Below are positions 12,150 through 26,824 of a stretch of DNA of 64,000 nt, one piece after another. Position 1 is the stretch's first letter. Every line of letters begins with the position of its first letter. The notes beneath the pieces were generated by a model. That model was not told where the DNA came from and did not search any database. It saw only the letters and a program-made list of their open reading frames with translations. The DNA comes from Isurus oxyrinchus (Eukaryota), in the NCBI GenBank assembly GCA_026770705.1, contig JANJGN010000039.1, positions 2,418,001-2,482,000 on the forward strand. Direction: 5' to 3'. The position numbers were made by a program, and so were the translations under genes.

Positions 12150-15100
12150 AATTTCAAGTTCTGTTCACAATTAACTTAGCAGAGAATCACGCCGGTGCCG
12201 GCTAGTGATTCTGACCTGACGCGACCTGACACCAATATTAACCAACTGGGCTAACCAATTAGCTGAATGAAGCCTGAAATGATGCCAAACCAAATTAAGG
12301 ACCTGACTGCCCACATGGCCTGACCCAAAAAACAGCCCAAAACAGTCCACTTCCCCGAGTCTGTCAACAGCCCCCGAGATCGTTCTGCCAAATGCTGACA
12401 CTTTCCAACTATCACTTGCACAGAACAGACACGGCTACCTTTGATTAACCCCGAAAAAGCACCGCACTTACCCGGCTCGATTATTAGCTGAACCGCTCAA
12501 GCTACCTGCCAATAACATCCAGATCTGATGATTGTTACAGATTGCCCCACATAATCGGCAGACCCAACTAACCCCTTCACGCTCTAACTACACGATTCTA
12601 AACAAGACATGCCTCTCCACCTTCCCACCTTATTGCACTCCATACTAGACTCACCCCCGAAGCGATCTCACTACATCTCGTAATGATAATGCCTGACAAC
12701 CTCTGACCTGATCCGACTACCTACTGATCCTATCAGGCTGCCACCACAACAACCAGATCCAACCAGCAGCTAACCAAATTCGACATTCCCCCGCACCAAC
12801 CAGATGCGACAACGCCTGACACGATCTTTCTGCTCCATTTGCAAACCCAGCCTGAATAACCACCTGGTTGACTAGCTCACGCAAGAAACTGACCACACCA
12901 GTCTCCGACTAGACCTGACTATATCCCAAGCTCACCAGACACAAAACCAAATATCACAATGCGACAAAGCACACACTGACCAGGCCTGACTACCCGCCAC
13001 TCACTCCGAATACCCGTGCCACTCACCATTATGGCCTGTTCTGAAACACACCGGTAAATCCCGCAAACAAACATGCCAAATTAGCAAATGGATCTGACAT
13101 GCATACCAGGCCAATTTGGTTCCACCACCATGACCAGATATTGCCCTTAACCTCACTGGTTAAACCCCCACAACACGAATAAATTAAATGCTGAGCTTTA
13201 CGAATAAATGCATCGAAGTTTTTACCTGCCCAGCCCAAATTAATACCCTCTGACCTGCCTCTCATTGAACCAACATGGCTAACTCCAGGAATGCTTGCCT
13301 TAAAGCAGTGATGCTCTTCCTTCTGACATCCAGGAAGGACTAACTCACAACCTGACTACCTCTTTCCTGACCCGACTACACCTCCAACCAACTTGGTGAC
13401 ATTTCTGAATCAAGTTCTCTTGATTCTTCAACTTCCCGGCCCTATTCACCCCAGCTACACCCCTTTATGGCACGGCCAAACTATCACTCTGGACCTAGCT
13501 ATACCACTACATGGGCTACAGACTGACCTGAACATGTTACACAAATATGCCGCTGTCCCCACGACCCAGTAGCCCAATTAAACTGTTTACCACCAACAGA
13601 GCCCGGCCAACTTCTGAACCGGCAATTCTACCGCTCACCACTGTCATCACCGCCCAAACTCAAGTGACTAATCTGTGCAAACAACGACTAATCAGCTGGG
13701 CCAAAATACCCCCAGCATGTACTGAGAATCCCCTGACAAGTCCCCACTACCCACCAGAGATGTCTACATCACTGCCCTCACCCGAGTACCCCTCTGCATC
13801 ACCTGACAGCTTCAAGTCCACCCCAAGTAACTAACATTGACTCGACCTTCCTACCTCCCTGAACAAATCACCACGTGCCATCTGACCAAACTGCCCAGAG
13901 ACCTGACCGACTGCACACGGTGTTGAGCAGATGACGCCCTTCTCCAATACCACTTACTCATCCTCAACCACAGCAAACAAGGTACCGGACTTTAACCCGT
14001 GACCGAACCTGAGAAACCCCGAGCCAATCCGAGTAAGACTCATATGCGCCCCAATTATCCATCCAATTCACATACCTCTCAAATCCGGCGCGAATACCCA
14101 ACAACCTGATTTGGTTACTCACGACCTGTGATGATTTTCTTTAGCTGACAAGATTACACTGCTGACCTGACTGGATACCACTATTACCCGCTGGGTAAGA
14201 CTACCACTGCATGCTCATCTGACTACTCCGTGTCGAACTATCTTAACAATCCAACAAATCAGGCTGAGACATTTACCCAAAATGACTATCCGCTGAATTG
14301 AATATCCTAAAATGGCAACCATTCCTCACAATTAAACAACTAACCTAAGCCGAGCCGATCGAAGCTCCTCCACCCAAAGGAACCATTACTGCACACTGTG
14401 AACTGAACTGACTACACTCAAAAGCTGACCCATTTTCCCAAACCGACATGACTGCCATTGAGCACTAACTAAATTCTTGTGGCTCCAACCTGAAGACCGA
14501 AACAATCTACTTATCGAAACAATGAAGCAACTATCCCTGACCTGAATGGACTATCCCCCAATTCGACGCAACTACTCCAATGATCGAACAGAGCTTTCCC
14601 GCGGCTTGGCCTGTCTACAGCTCGAGTTGCTGAACAAACACACGGGCAAAACAAATTGCCTCCCACTTCCCCTAACCCGCGAGCTGACCAGATCTTCCAC
14701 CCCAGCAGATCTAATTATCCCACAGCTGAACAGACTTTTCAACACACAAGACCCAGCTACAAAATGACTCTACCGGACTCCATCCAATTTCCCCGACTTC
14801 TTTGGACGATAGATTCTGCACAATGCATACACCCTCCAGCTGATGAAATCTGCATCGATGTGACTCTCCCCCAAGTTCAATTTAAACAGTACCCCGATCA
14901 CTCACGAGCTATTATCAAACAGGCTTGAATATGGACATGACCCAAAGTGTCTAGAGCCCCAACGAGAAAAATAACTCAGATCGAGGCACCACCACAATCC
15001 ACCTACATAACCTCCCTCTTCCCAAATACCACCTGACCCCATTCACCTCACGAAACACCCGAAGCACCTCGACCTTCCACAGTTGATCCAAATCGCTGTA

Positions 15101-16000
15101 CCTGACCAAATTCACCACTGTCGCCAATAACCGCTTAAAACAACACGACCTTTTTGCAGGCCAGTTAACTACTGCCAAACAAACCCAATCAGATTTCACT
15201 CATCCTCGCTGCATTTCTAAGCACACACAACCAATTAACCTGACCTGATTATCCGATTGAAAAGTCTCAGTTAACCCCCTATTTAACAAAATATCCTATG
15301 AGGCCAGACTACTTACTGACTTGAACGGAGCTGACTAAACTTGGCCACCCAACTAACCCATTGAGTAAATGCAAAACCCAAATGCTTGACTTCCCAACAA
15401 AAAGGACTGCTCCTCTGTCCCGGCCACAGTGACAGATAGGTCACTAATCTTGACTCGGCCCGCCCATCCAAAAGCGCTAATTTCCCAAGACGCACACCCC
15501 AGTGATTCCTACACTCGAAGCAACCAATCTTAATATAACTAGCCTGGACAGAATTTATTCATTGACCTCTCTCGCCCCGTATCTTATGAAAACAAACGTC
15601 AAATACACACAGAGCATCCAGTGAAAGAAACACACGCGCCCTTAGATAACATCACTCATTAGCAAACCAAGCTAACACCCAAAAAGCATTGACATTGCCC
15701 TGTGACCTTACATGAATACCACGATACCCGGCCTTGCTGGATTACCCACGAACCGATTCAAATGATCTTTCAAACTTACCGACTACCCTGCTGATCTGAA
15801 TGGAAAACATCCACGAATTGAGCCGAAAGCCAGGACGCAAGCCAATTGCACATCAGCTCGACATCCCTTACTACCTGAACCGAATATGCAGCAAACCGGC
15901 ATGTGTATGGAGGACACCACCCCCACCTACTCCCCTCAATCCACTTCCCCATATGAATTGCATGGGAGAACATCAGATGCTTGGAAACCTGCACCAACGT
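12150..16000. repeat. Long C/A-rich, G-poor degenerate short-period repeat (CCTGA/CCGAC/CTGAC-like)
   Basis: Strong strand asymmetry and recurring 'cctgac', 'ccgact' and 'ctgacta' words over ~3.8 kb; no credible ORFs. Confidence 0.6.
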
Positions 16001-16119
16001 TTACTGAGGAGTTCAAACCTTGCACTTCATGCAGCGCCAGCAATGTTTCATCATGTAAGTAGCCCGTTCCATGCTGCTCCTGGTGCTACATTGCTCCCCT
16101 TGAACAATGAAGATTAAAA

Positions 16120-19100
16120 GCACAGACAATAGGATCAGCTGTAATCCTTTTGGCCCTTCGATCCTGCTGCCTCATCCATATGTTCACATTTCCTCATCCA
16201 AAATAATGCTATTGTCCAGCTCTCTCCTCATAAGGTTTGATGTCTTTAGAGTCCAGAAAGCTCCTTCATAGTCTAGAAAGCTGTCCACTGTATTGCTAAT
16301 ATATCCAGTCCGTTGGCACCCGCAGACTTCTTTGGTCGATAAACCCTTAGATTCACCACGCTTTAGGTGGAGAACTTTCTGCTCACCTCAATCCGAAATG
16401 GCCTATCCCATATCGTGACACAATGACACCTTGCTCCAGATCTCGCAGCTAGAGAGGACATCATCCCTGCAACAAGTCTGTAAATTGCTGCCGAATTTTA
16501 TACCTTTCAATGTGATCCCCTTTCAATCAGCTAAACTCCAGGGAATGATGGCCTGGACGACACAATCTTTCATTATAGGACAATGCTGCCATCACATAAA
16601 TCATTCGGGTAACCATTCGCTGCACTCACTCCATGGCGATATTCCCTTTCTTTGGGAAGTAGACCGAAGCACACAAATCAATGAGTGGTCTCACGAATGC
16701 TCTCTAGAGATGCAGTAAGTCATCCTTGCTCCTGCACTCAAGTCCGGCAGTAATGAAGTCCAGAATGTCATTTGCCTTCCAAACTGCTTGCTGAAATCTG
16801 TACACCAACTTTTCCCCGTTTATCACCATTTAAATAATATTATTGTATTCAGGCTTTTTATGACCGAATTGGAATATGTCACACTTACCCAAAAAAACTG
16901 CATCTGTCATATCTTCGTCCACTCGCTCAACTTTCTTAAATTGCCTTGAAGCGCCTTTAAATCATCCTCACCCCTAACATTCCCTAATGTTTTGCTGTCA
17001 GCAAATTTAGAATTATTGCATTTTATTCCTTCATCAAAATCATTGATATGTAATGTGAACAGCTTGGACTCTTTCACTGATACATCCTGTACCAGTTTCG
17101 GCAATGCCTGCCACTCCAGAAAAAAGAACATTTATATCTATTCTCTGCTTTCGGTCTGGAAACTATTCTCAAACCATGCCAATGTATTGCCTCCGTTCAA
17201 ATGTGCTTAAATTTTGCACACTAACCTCCTTTGTGGGACTTTACCAGAAACTCCGTGAAAGCCCAATTTCACCACATCAGTTGTTCTCCCTGATATTTCT
17301 AACTGTTGCATCTTTTAAAAATTCCCATTAGGTTTGTAAAAAACGATTTCCCTTCCATAAACCCATGATGGTTTCGCCCAGTAATGATGATATTTTCAAA
17401 TGACCTATTAGCACAAGCTCTATAATAGACTCGAAAGTTTTGGCTTCAAGTGATGGTGGCCTGCATGTAATTTTCTGTTTGATTCTTCGCTTCTTATTTT
17501 GAACATAGTGACGTTACATTTGCCACTTTCCAATTCCCGGGCCTGTTACAGAATCTGCAAAATTTTAGTAGGTGAAAGCTAACACAATCTCTCATTCCAT
17601 GGCCATTCAGTTAGCACCCTCAATTGTAATGATCACGTCCTGGGGATTTATCGGCTCTCAGTCCAATTGATTTTTCCAGCGCTGTATTTCTTTTATTTTT
17701 TCCCGTGCTGATTTCCTTAAAATGATAGTTCTCGCTGGTTCTTTTTGCTTTTCTGGCATCTCTGGTAAGTTACTTGTGTTTACTCCTCAAATTACGTAAA
17801 TAAAATAGTTGCTTAAATACGCTGCATTGCCCTGTTCTCAGTTATAAATTCTACATTTTCAAACTGTAACGGTCCAACATTTGTCTTCACTAATATTTTT
17901 TACATTGTACATGCTTGTAGAAAATTTTGCACTCCACTATTATGTTTTTTGCAAGTTTACCCTCATGCTCTATGCCCTCTAAACCATCGCTTGGTCACCC
18001 TTCGATAAATTCTAAGCAGTTCCCAAATTGCTACTTTTGCTAACAAATTTAACTGACTCTTCACTGGATCCAGCACTATCCGGATATCGTTTTGTTAGCT
18101 GTTTTTGGGCTGCATTTACTGCTTTTTTTCTTATGAAGCCATGAAGGTGAATGTAATTGCAGCAATGCACAGATCCAGTCCAAAAATATAAAAATTTGCC
18201 TGAGCACCATGTATTTTAATGAAGTGACCCAAATTATCTAAGCCAACTCACCGTCTCATATCCTCGTAGCTTACTTTGTTTGAATGTTTGACGATAGTTT
18301 CGGATTGGACTATTATACTTTTCATCCAAATGAAAAATTCTATCTCACTTTGGTCACCATTCTCTTAAGGACATTGCACGACACGGTTATTAGCTTTCTC
18401 CTTCTCATGACACGATATCAAATCTAGGATAAACTGCTCCCTGGTTGGATCCCCGACGTAATGGTCCAATTAAAAAAAAGCTTTTCGCACACACTCGACA
18501 ATTCATTCGCCAGAATGTCATTGCTGATTGAGTTTGTCCATCAAACATCCATGATTTCTGCAGCATGTCAGTTACATGCATCTCTACGTTTCAGGTTAAC
18601 GCCTTTCCTTGCCTTATTGCTACATTTTGGCGCCTTTAGACAAATCAGCAAACTGTTCTGCACCTTGTCCCTTTTTCGCTACAGCAAGACTAAATCTGCA
18701 TCTAGATATTTTGAGCCAATATCAGTTCTCACAGTTGTACTCATTTCATTCTTATCTTGTAGCCCCGCCTCACCTCTGCTTCTTATTTCCCTGCCCGCCC
18801 GAAATATGGAAATCCCTTGGACAAAAACTTGCCAGCGTTGGAAGCCGTGCAGCCCTGTCTCAATGACCGAAATCACATTGTGCACGTTGAAAACTATTTG
18901 CGCTGTCAATTCGTCTAGCTTATTTTAATGCTCCATGCATTCAGGTGCCATGCCTTTAGAGCTGTTTATTCTAATATTTTTACAGAACCTGATTGCATTT
19001 GTCCCTATTTCCTGCAAAATCTATGTTCATTTGCTTCCCACATTTCTTTTTTAGTACTCTTTCATTTGTTTCTTTGTTCCCTCTCTTGTTACTCACCGCT

Positions 19101-20040
19101 GATGCTCCCAAGATCTCGTCACCATAATAGTCTCCTCCCCTAACCCTCCCCCGCCCATCGGCACCACAGAGAAAATGATTAGCCGTGCAAAGAATTGGTT
19201 TTCGTCCTGCTTGCGTGCAACTTGTCCAGCTTATACAAACCCCATCTTCCGCAGTATGTGTCCCATTCCCTCAGGAATCTAAATCCCTCCCTGCAACACA
19301 ATTACTCCGTTTGGACATTGAACTGATCTATCCTCCTTTACCTGATCTCGTTTGCACGTAAAACTGTGTGTTACACGGAGATTACAAACCTTGTTGTTCT
19401 GCTTTTTAATTTGTTTACTCAGCTCCCCATAAGTGCCTTCAGGACCTCATCTCTACCTTTGCCCCTGAGGCTGGTACCATGTGGGTCACTACATGTATTT
19501 TCCACCCACCCCCCCCACCACCCCCCCCCCCACCCCGTTCAGAATGTTCTGCAGCAGCTCAGTGACACCCTTGCCCCGAGCAGCAGGGATGAAACATCCC
19601 ACCCAGCAGTAATACCTGCGACCACAGAAACGCCTCTCTGTTCACTTTACGATATAATACCCTGGCACTATTGCTCTCTCACTGTTCTTTTTAATCTCCC
19701 ATTCTCTCACGACACTCTCCCCAAACTCCCCGTGCTGTTGAACCACTCGAGGCGCAACGGACTTGGTTCTCGCTGCGTTCCCCTGAGAAACCAACTCACC
19801 AAGCAGTAAACACATAGAAAATCTATTACAGAGGTGTTTGGGGCCATTAGCTGCCCAGTGCTTTTAATCTGCCTGTGGTAACCAATTGCCTTTCTGCCTG
19901 TACACACTTTGACTGTGGTATGACCATCTCATTGTACGGTTTCCAGGAAGATATCGGCCTTAAGGATGGTCTGCAGTGACACCAGCCGCAGCTGCAGTTT
20001 TCGAGTAGCTGTGGCTGAAGACATTTCTGCACACGTGCTC
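16120..20040 (-). mobile_element. Long degenerate CR1 LINE (endonuclease, RT and 3' end, probably part of ORF1)
   Basis: ORF 16907..17131 'LFTLHINDFDEGIKCNNSKFADSKTLG' (RT YADD-region equivalent); ORF 18679..18909 'VISVIETGL..VQGISIFRAGRE..RGEAGL' (APE endonuclease); CR1 3' tail at ~16120. Confidence 0.85.
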
Positions 20041-20089
20041 ATCACGTGTCCCTATGCACGTTCAGAATGTAATAGAGAATGGTCATAGA

Positions 20090-20700
20090 ATGCGATTGTA
20101 TATTAGTATAGAACTTTGAAATAAATGGAAGGATGTTATGCTTCAGTTATACAGGGCACTGGTGAGACCCCATCTCGAACGCTGTGAGCAATTTTGTTCC
20201 CCTTATTGAACCAAGGCTTTTATGGATTAGCGGCTGTTCAGAGGAGCTTCCCTAGATTGGAACCTCGAACGATTGGGTTGTGTTATGACGGTAGCTTAGA
20301 GAGGCTGGGTTTCATTCAGCTGGATTTTGGCAGAGTTAGGGATGATTTTTTTTTAAGTATATAAGTTCCTGAACGAGCTTGACAAGTTTGACAGTGAAAT
20401 AATGTTTAACAGAATTAGTAGGAATTGTTTAAAAATTAGGAACCGCCTTTAGGACAGAATGAGGAGGTTGTTTTATCCCTCTCAGAGGTTGTGTGACTCT
20501 GGAACTCTCTGCCTCAGAACGCATTGGAGTCTGTCATTGAATGAGTTTAAGGCGAACGTTAACATTTTTTGTCCGGCAATTGAGACAGAAGTTATCGGGG
20601 TCAATGGGAATGTTGAATCATCAATACAAACAGAGCAACCAGGTTATTACTGAAAGGTGGCGCGGGATCCAGGGGTCCAATGGCCAAATTCTGCTCCACG
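20090..20700 (+). mobile_element. CR1 LINE 3' fragment
   Basis: 'cagttatacagggcactggtgagaccccatctcgaa' = QLYRALVRPHLE; CR1 3' UTR-like end. Confidence 0.8.
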
Positions 20701-20789
20701 TTCATGTGTTCTTTGGATGTGACACTGGTCTCCAACGTCGCATGGCCGGAGGAATCCAAGTGGCTGATCGGCCCTGCCATAACCTACCC

Positions 20790-21400
20790 TTAAATTTATG
20801 CCCGAGGCCTCGCTATTTAATCTGTCCGAAGTATCGCTTTTGAAACTAAATTATGCCTCGCTGTTTAACCTGTTTGAATTCTCACTCTCCAACATTTTTG
20901 AAGCCTCCCTGTTAAACCCATTTGAAGTCGCCCTGTTACACGTGATTAAAGTCGCCATGTTGAACCTGATTGATGTCCCCTATTCAGCATGTTTGCTGTC
21001 TCGCTGGTTACCCTGCTTGAAGTCTGCCTTTTTAAAAATGTTTGAAGTGTCCCTATTCAACCTGCTGCAACTGTTTGACATCTCACCCTTTAAGCAGTCC
21101 CGAAGCCTCCCTGTTCAAACGGCCCGAAATCCCTATGTTTAAACTGCCCAAATTCTCACTGTTTAACCTGCCCAAAGTCTCTCTGTTTACACTGCCACTT
21201 AGACAGGCAGTTTGAAACAACTTAATAATCAACATTTAGCGGTTTGATGTCTGCTTGTTGAAACTGTCCCGACGACTCGCTGCTTAAGTTTCCCACAGTT
21301 TCGCTTTTTAATCTATTTGTTGTTTCGCAGTTTAAAGCTAATTTAAGTCTCTCTGTTTAATGGGTTTGAAGTCTCGCTGTTTTAACTACGTGAAGCTTCG
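20790..21400. repeat. Degenerate 24-bp minisatellite (~CTGTTTAACCTGTTTGAAGTCTCG)
   Basis: 24-nt periodicity, visible as LFNLFEVS-type octapeptide repeats in ORF 20798..21142. Confidence 0.75.
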
Positions 21401-22319
21401 AGGTGTGAAAAGTTGTTATTTGGTACCGAAACTATTTTCACTTGTGTGATTGGCGGCCTGGAATGGCCATGTGCTGGCTATTTTTAGCCATGGATCGAGG
21501 GGCAGCCTTCATTTCGGTCCTGCCCGAAAATGGCGAGCGGCTTCAGAGTGCAGGATTCCTGGCTGCTGCTAAGATGGTGATCGTTCACCAACATGACGTG
21601 CTATGCATCGTTCACGCACAAGACATTGAAGCAGTGAGAATTCCTTTATTTCCTGTTCCTCTCCTTGTTGACAATGGGGGGCCGCAAAAACAACATTGGG
21701 AATCTGGCATTCCGACAAAAGCATAGAACGTCTGAACTTTCATCTTCCTGCTGGGAGAGAGAAGGATTATTCCCCTCACCCAGCTAGCCGCCATCCAGCA
21801 TTTCATGTACTGCCATTGATACGTGCAACACGAGACAGCGATAGCTTAATACACACAGCAGGAATATTTTATGATATTCAAGTTAAAACCTGCTTCTGTT
21901 TTGTTACATCCGATGTACTTGTATATTGGCTTTTGAAATGAAATGAATTAAATGATGAAAATTGACTAATTGCAGCAGACAGGATACTTTTTTTTTACAA
22001 CCATGATGATTGTCTTTTCCAAACGACTCATCATTCAACAGACTAACACGGGAAATCGCATGGCAGCACCAAGGGGCTGGTTCAAGAGGCAGCGTCCGGA
22101 TGAAAGCAATTACTCAGGTGTAAAAGTGGGTATTCAGGAAGCGATAGGAGACTAAGTAATACAGATGGTTAGTGTCATTGTCTATTGGAGAGAAAGTAGG
22201 AAAGAATACGTAGAGATGGGAGAGAAAGAGAAAGGCAGTAAGAGAGGCAGGACAATTAAAAGTATATCACGTATGAGTATTGCACCATGATGCACTGCTG
22301 AACGTTCAAGTACGTTAAT

Positions 22320-23340
22320 AACAAACATCGATTAAAACCCAAGAGTGCATTCGGCCCAGCATGACTGCGCCTGCCCTGAATAAGAGTAACACTCCTCTGC
22401 ACCTACCCCGCTTTCTCCGGATAGCCGTGCAATTGTTTGCTCTTCAAATAATCATCCAACCATATTTTTGAACGTCTCAATTGAATCTGCTCCCAACACA
22501 TTATTCGGTGAGCACCCAAGATCCTGACCAATTGCTTGCATAATGAAGAACGGACGAATGTCACTTTTGTCTCTTATTCCAATTACCTAAAATTGGCTCT
22601 CTATAGTTCCACAAAGCATAACCATTCATCCCCTCTCTTCTGTACAAACTAATTATTTTCACCACCTCTTGATCTCCACTTTGACTTCTCTTCTACAGGA
22701 AAGACAATCCCAAATTTTGCATTCCAGAAACACAAAGGAACTTCTTCATCCCTGCATCTTTGTTGGCGAACTATTAGCAACTTCCTTCTTCCCTGCACAC
22801 ACTTCCTCCAGAAACGGTGGCCTGAACAGGAAAGAATACTCCATTTCAAGACGAGCCAAATGCCCATCCAGGCCTATCAATGCTCTTCTACTTTGCACGC
22901 TCCCCAAAGCCTCTATAACATCTGCAACATGCAGGTCAAGGTTATTTTGTAATTTCTGCGAGAAGTTTGACACGACAACTAACAAAGCAGTCTTATTGAT
23001 TGAACTCCATCCAATAGCTATAACAAACACTCCGTCCATTATCGGGGCACAAGACTTTCCATGTGTGCTAAATACAGGATATTCTGCAACGAGTTACTAA
23101 AAGCTTGACGGTACATTCCAAATGTACCACCTTGTTGGCCTGGAAGAACAAGGGCAGCATGTACATTGGAAGAATATAGCAAACAGTAGCTCAAGGAAGG
23201 CGTTTTGTCCTTTAGAGCCTGCTGCACGAATCAACTGATCTTCAACCTCATATTGACCTCCGTGTACAATCATCATATCTCTCAATTAACATGGTACATG
23301 AACAGGCATTGGACATATTCATCGTCTAACTGGCAGAAGT
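22320..23340 (-). mobile_element. CR1 LINE 3' fragment
   Basis: ORF 22746..23039 'ALIGLDGHLARLEMEYSFLFRPPFLEE' resembles LYxxLVRPHLEYxVQFWSP; CR1 tail at ~22330. Confidence 0.6.
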
Positions 23341-24129
23341 GTATCGCCATTCTATCATCATCATATATATCGATCTATCTCCCTTTCGAATTTCCCAGAT
23401 ACGGCAACTACACGAAAAAGACCAATTATCGTGAAATGTTGTGAATTTAAGACATGGTGTGGATTTTGCAACTGGGGGACTTTCAAAGTTCCCAGTAATT
23501 TTATGTTTGTCAAATTCTCATTCTGATCTTGCGGATGTTCAATTCCCATTTATTTTTTGAATGGGGTAAATAAGCATCATAATAAATTCTGTGGTCTCAT
23601 TATTAGCACAATGGCTTTAGAAATCTGTCTGCAGTATTCACTGAAGGGCCATGTGGTTTTCATATATTTTGATTAATTGATTTGTAATTCGAAATCCAAA
23701 AAAAATCAACCTATATTATTCACAAGTTTTTTTCTTCTCTCAGGGTGACAACTGTGTAGGTTAAAGGTTCAATGCCTCTTCAGTTGTGTTGCTATGACCA
23801 ATAGATTTCCCATGAGTCACGCAAAGTTCATATGTACGAACAGCAAGTCAACTAGAATGATGTGTTTCTGTTTCCAAAGGAATACGGTAGAGAAATGGTG
23901 ATCTTTTAGGACAATTATACTGACAATTATTGCAGAGACCACATCTAAGATACTGTGTATAGTTTTGATCTCCAACTTTAAGTAATTATTACAATTCATT
24001 CGAATCAGTTCAGATAGCGTTCACGCTGCGGATGCCTGGAAGCGGAGTTGGTGGAGGGTGGTGGTGGTTGTGGTGTAATCTTATTTGAAAGATTGGACAG
24101 CCAGTGCCCATTGAAATTTGGAAAATCAA

Positions 24130-24900
24130 ACGTTGCCCTTAATGAAACAGGTAGGATCCTGAAGAATTTTACATTCTGCATGTAAACAGTGTGTTTCTCT
24201 TGTGGGTGAGTTTGGAACAAAGCGAACACATTTTTCTACTTTTCGGTCTCCCGTTTAAAACAGAGATGGGAAGGTTTTTATTTCACTCAGAAAGTTGAAT
24301 GGCTTTGGAACTCTCTTCTCCGGAGAGTGGTAGGCTCATGCTGATGGAATATTTGTCAGGCAGGGGTCGTCAGTCTCTTTACAACCAACGATGTGAAACG
24401 TAATCGGAGGTGGACGGAATGTGGAATTGAGGCCACAATCAGATGAGCCACAATGGAATTTAATGGCGGACATGACTCGAGGAGCCGAATTCTCTCAGCC
24501 TGCTCGGGATTTCTTTGTTTGTGTTTTTCCAATACCATGTGCAGCTGTGTCTCCCATTGAATGCTAGAATCTCTGATCCTTGCATTTAAAGTATGGTTTC
24601 CTCATGCATGAATTCAGTTTGCCCTCGTACCTAAACCAGATCCTCTTGTCCCAACACTTCACCCTCCTGGAGATTCTGAAAGCTGCGTTCTTTCTCTTCC
24701 TCCAATCTCGATAACTCACTGGCACTCTGCCCAGCTCCATCTGTCCCACCCCCTCTAACAGCTTATATTTCAGCACATTTCTATTGTTTTACTCCTGATG
24801 AAGAGTCATGCGGACTCGAAACGTTAACTCTGTCTTCATTTCCACAGATGCTGTCAGACTTGCTGACTTTTTCCAGCTATTATTGTTCTTGTTCGATCAC
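24130..24900 (+). mobile_element. CR1 3' end followed by a retroelement tail common in shark genomes
   Basis: 'ccgtttaaaacagagatgggaagg..tcactcagaaagttg' CR1 3' end; 'tgatgaagagtcatgcggactcgaaacgttaactctg..cacagatgctgtcagacttgctga' tail, also seen at 46740-46870. Confidence 0.6.
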
Positions 24901-25684
24901 TCACTGGTTCAGATTCCGGCTTCCGCTTCTAAATCCATCCGAAAAGTGAAATTGCCAGCCGTGGCTGTCCGGCCTTTCCCGTTTTCTAACACCCGCTGTT
25001 GACACTTTAAAACCAATGGAATAAAGAACTTCTACCTGCTACTGTCCCATGGCATCCCAATATATAGTTTGGAGCAAAATTTCACTTGCATCGTTATATC
25101 CACGTTCAGCTGATTCGTGCATTGAGCACAACGCCCTCACTCAGTACTTCCAGTGGATTGTATACAGACATTGTTTACTTCATTTTTGCAATTGCCCCGG
25201 GGCATTGTTGATAAAGGTATTTAGATACATTTTTGTGACTGAATGTTTTGCCCAGGTCATTTATCAGTTTAGATATTTAATGCAACAAAGAGCTGGGATT
25301 TTAGCCCAGTTCGAGGCACACTGTTCCCTTGTCTCCATATCTGATGAATCACTTTTGGGTATTTTCTTCCTGCTTTTGTCTGCTCCAGGTAAATTCCGGG
25401 AGGTTTTGTTCCTGAAGCGATGAAAGTGTTCAACCTCAAAATGTGTTTTTTGCTACTTGGAGTGAATGGCAGACACCAAATTCCTTGTTGTTATCTCAGA
25501 TCCAATACTAAGAGGGAGTTGTCAGGAGGAACTCCCAGTTTTATTTATGTACAACAGTCGGATGTTTAAGTGCACTGCGGTTCCTAAACTTTCAACAAAA
25601 ATCACCTTGTTCTGCTTCACTGACGCCTTTACCTACGGTCCTTTAGAGGATATTTCTTGCAAGAAGCATTTGCATTTATTCACG

Positions 25685-25831
25685 NNNNNNNNNNNNNNNN
25701 NNNNNNNNNNNNNNNNNNNNNNNNNNNNNNNNNNNNNNNNNNNNNNNNNNNNNNNNNNNNNNNNNNNNNNNNNNNNNNNNNNNNNNNNNNNNNNNNNNNN
25801 NNNNNNNNNNNNNNNNNNNNNNNNNNNNNNN
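25685..25831. other. Assembly gap (N run)
   Basis: 147 Ns. Confidence 1.
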
Positions 25832-26824
25832 TCTCGCTCATTCTCTAATTCACTTGCTGTATGACTCTATCGTGCTCTCATTCTCTGTCACCCTTGCTCT
25901 CTGTGCCTCGGTCTCTCACCCTCTCGCTTGCTATTTCTCATTTTAATTAATCCGTTCAATGTTAAGTCTTCTATTTGTGTAGCCATCTGTCCATCTATCA
26001 GCCTGTAGGTCTGCCTGTCTAACGATGTTGATGATTGGTTTTCACAACGCTATCACAGATCAGTGTCCAAGCAATAAAAAAGTGCCAGCGTGGTACCTTG
26101 TGTGAGGTTACACCAGTTCTATGTTAGCATTACCGATTGCAAAATTTGCATATCAAACTTGTACTAGCGGGATAATTAAACTTTGTCCGCGCACACTTTG
26201 CTTGAAGGGTTTTTTATCCTCTTCTCCTCAAGTTTTGAAATCATTGGTTGATTTCTCAATTTGGCTGTGCCCAAGGTTTGCATACATTTTCACATTTATA
26301 TTTTTAAATGTGTTCTTCAATTGCTGGGGGTTTCTTTTTTTGGCCCACAAGATATCGCACGTTGCATTGCCAGAGGAATCCACGGGCAAATCTGGGCAGG
26401 GTATCTGTTCTCTCTACAAGCTTGATTGTCACAGACAAGCATCCCACATGTGCCCTGTTTGGACATGGAGTGGGCTCGGAAACAAAAAACGGTGGCAAAC
26501 AACTGTGCTTTCCACATTACTTCCCCTGGCGCTTCAGGCCTTTTCATTTACATATATATACTTTGATCTAAATTGATAAAAAGTTTATTTCTCAGCATCA
26601 ATTTCTGGGACAATTGTTCACCATCCCCTATAGTATTCACTTGTTCCTCAGGTATATACACCCCGGAATTGTCTTGACAGCAGATGTAATTCCTTTTTTT
26701 TTGGCGTTTCAGTTTGAAAATTTTTCTCTCATAAGGAGAGCGACTGAAAGAATCTGTTTGTCGAATGACTGAAACAAATTTATTTATTCAGGCAGTATGA
26801 ATGCATTAATGGAGATTTATCTGC

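Noticed and set aside
20798-21142. ORF with LFNLFEVS octapeptide repeats (LRR-like look)
   Set aside because: By-product of a 24-bp minisatellite whose consensus has no stop in that frame. The repeat continues beyond the stop, and there is no splice or promoter support.
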